Source of the DNA: Genypterus blacodes
Lineage: Eukaryota
Assembly (NCBI RefSeq): GCF_046128005.1
Contig: NW_027466835.1
Coordinates: forward strand, 4,686,430-4,750,429
DNA length: 64,000 nt
Direction of reading: 5' to 3'
The notes below the pieces were generated by a model that was not told the origin of the DNA, ran no database searches, and was given only the letters and a program-made list of their open reading frames with translations. Below, piece by piece: positions 63,601 to 64,000 of the stretch; the first letter of the stretch is position 1; every line of letters starts with the position of its first letter. A program made the translations under genes and the position numbers.

Positions 63601-63773
63601 GATGTGTCATTTGAAGAAATCTGGACTGATTCAGAGATCGAGGAGCTTCTGTCCATTAGAGCAGAGGACGGAATGTTCCGTCTAATCATAGAAACAGTTC
63701 AATTCAGGCATTTATGACCATAAGATTTGAATCCTGGACCCAAGTGCTACAAAAACATCTCGCAAAACAGATC

Positions 63774-63855
63774 CGTCACGAACAGGATTCGAACCTGTGC
63801 GGGGAAACCCCATTGGATTTCGAGTCCAACGCCTTAACCTCTCGGCCACCGTGAC
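63774..63855 (-). tRNA. tRNA-Ser (anticodon CGA), 82 nt with long variable arm
   Basis: Minus-strand sequence GTCACGGTGGCCGAGAGGTTAAGGCGTTGGACTCGAAATCCAATGGGGTTTCCCCGCACAGGTTCGAATCCTGTTCGTGACG. It has a 7-bp acceptor stem (one G-U), anticodon loop CTCGAAA, long variable arm, and T-loop GGTTCGAATCC. The terminator TGTTTTGCG...TGTTTTTG follows immediately downstream. Confidence 0.88.
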
Positions 63856-64000
63856 CTGCGCTTATATGAAGTGATGACCCAATGTGGGTCGCATGTATAA
63901 CAGGTGTGACAAAACTCTGAAGAAATCTTTGTTCACCAATCCGAAAACAGTGGTCCATGATTGTAAACTTGACTTAGTATGTTGCTGATGCTGGTTCCTC

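Overview
This window is vertebrate nuclear DNA, almost certainly teleost fish. Genes are multi-exon with GT-AG introns, (CA)n, (GT)n and other microsatellites are frequent, CpG-rich promoters are present, and every recognisable protein is a vertebrate one. I found nothing prokaryotic: no operons, CRISPR arrays or mobile genetic islands. The first ~34 kb is a compact, gene-dense block whose order matches human 17q25 in inverted orientation: srsf2 (+, two coding exons with an RS domain), mettl23 (-, five coding exons, tail-to-tail with srsf2), jmjd6 (+, six coding exons, head-to-head with mettl23 across a CCAAT-rich bidirectional promoter), mxra7 (+, four coding exons spread over ~15.5 kb) and an ST6GALNAC2-type sialyltransferase (+, nine coding exons in 3.2 kb). 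An orphan CpG island lies at ~35.5-36.3 kb. At 40.49 kb is the first coding exon of a caskin2-like gene (MGKEQDLLQAVK...); the rest of that gene must lie in a long intron or beyond the window. The remaining ~23 kb is AT-rich intronic or intergenic sequence containing two minus-strand nuclear tRNA genes, Arg-ACG and Ser-CGA, with intact cloverleaves and oligo-T terminators. Exon boundaries were set by hand from splice consensus, reading-frame continuity and alignment to remembered human orthologues; no database search was run. I found no exotic system. The items most worth a second look are the orphan CpG island, the tRNAs embedded antisense in the caskin2-like locus, and several regulatory or repeat peculiarities listed below.
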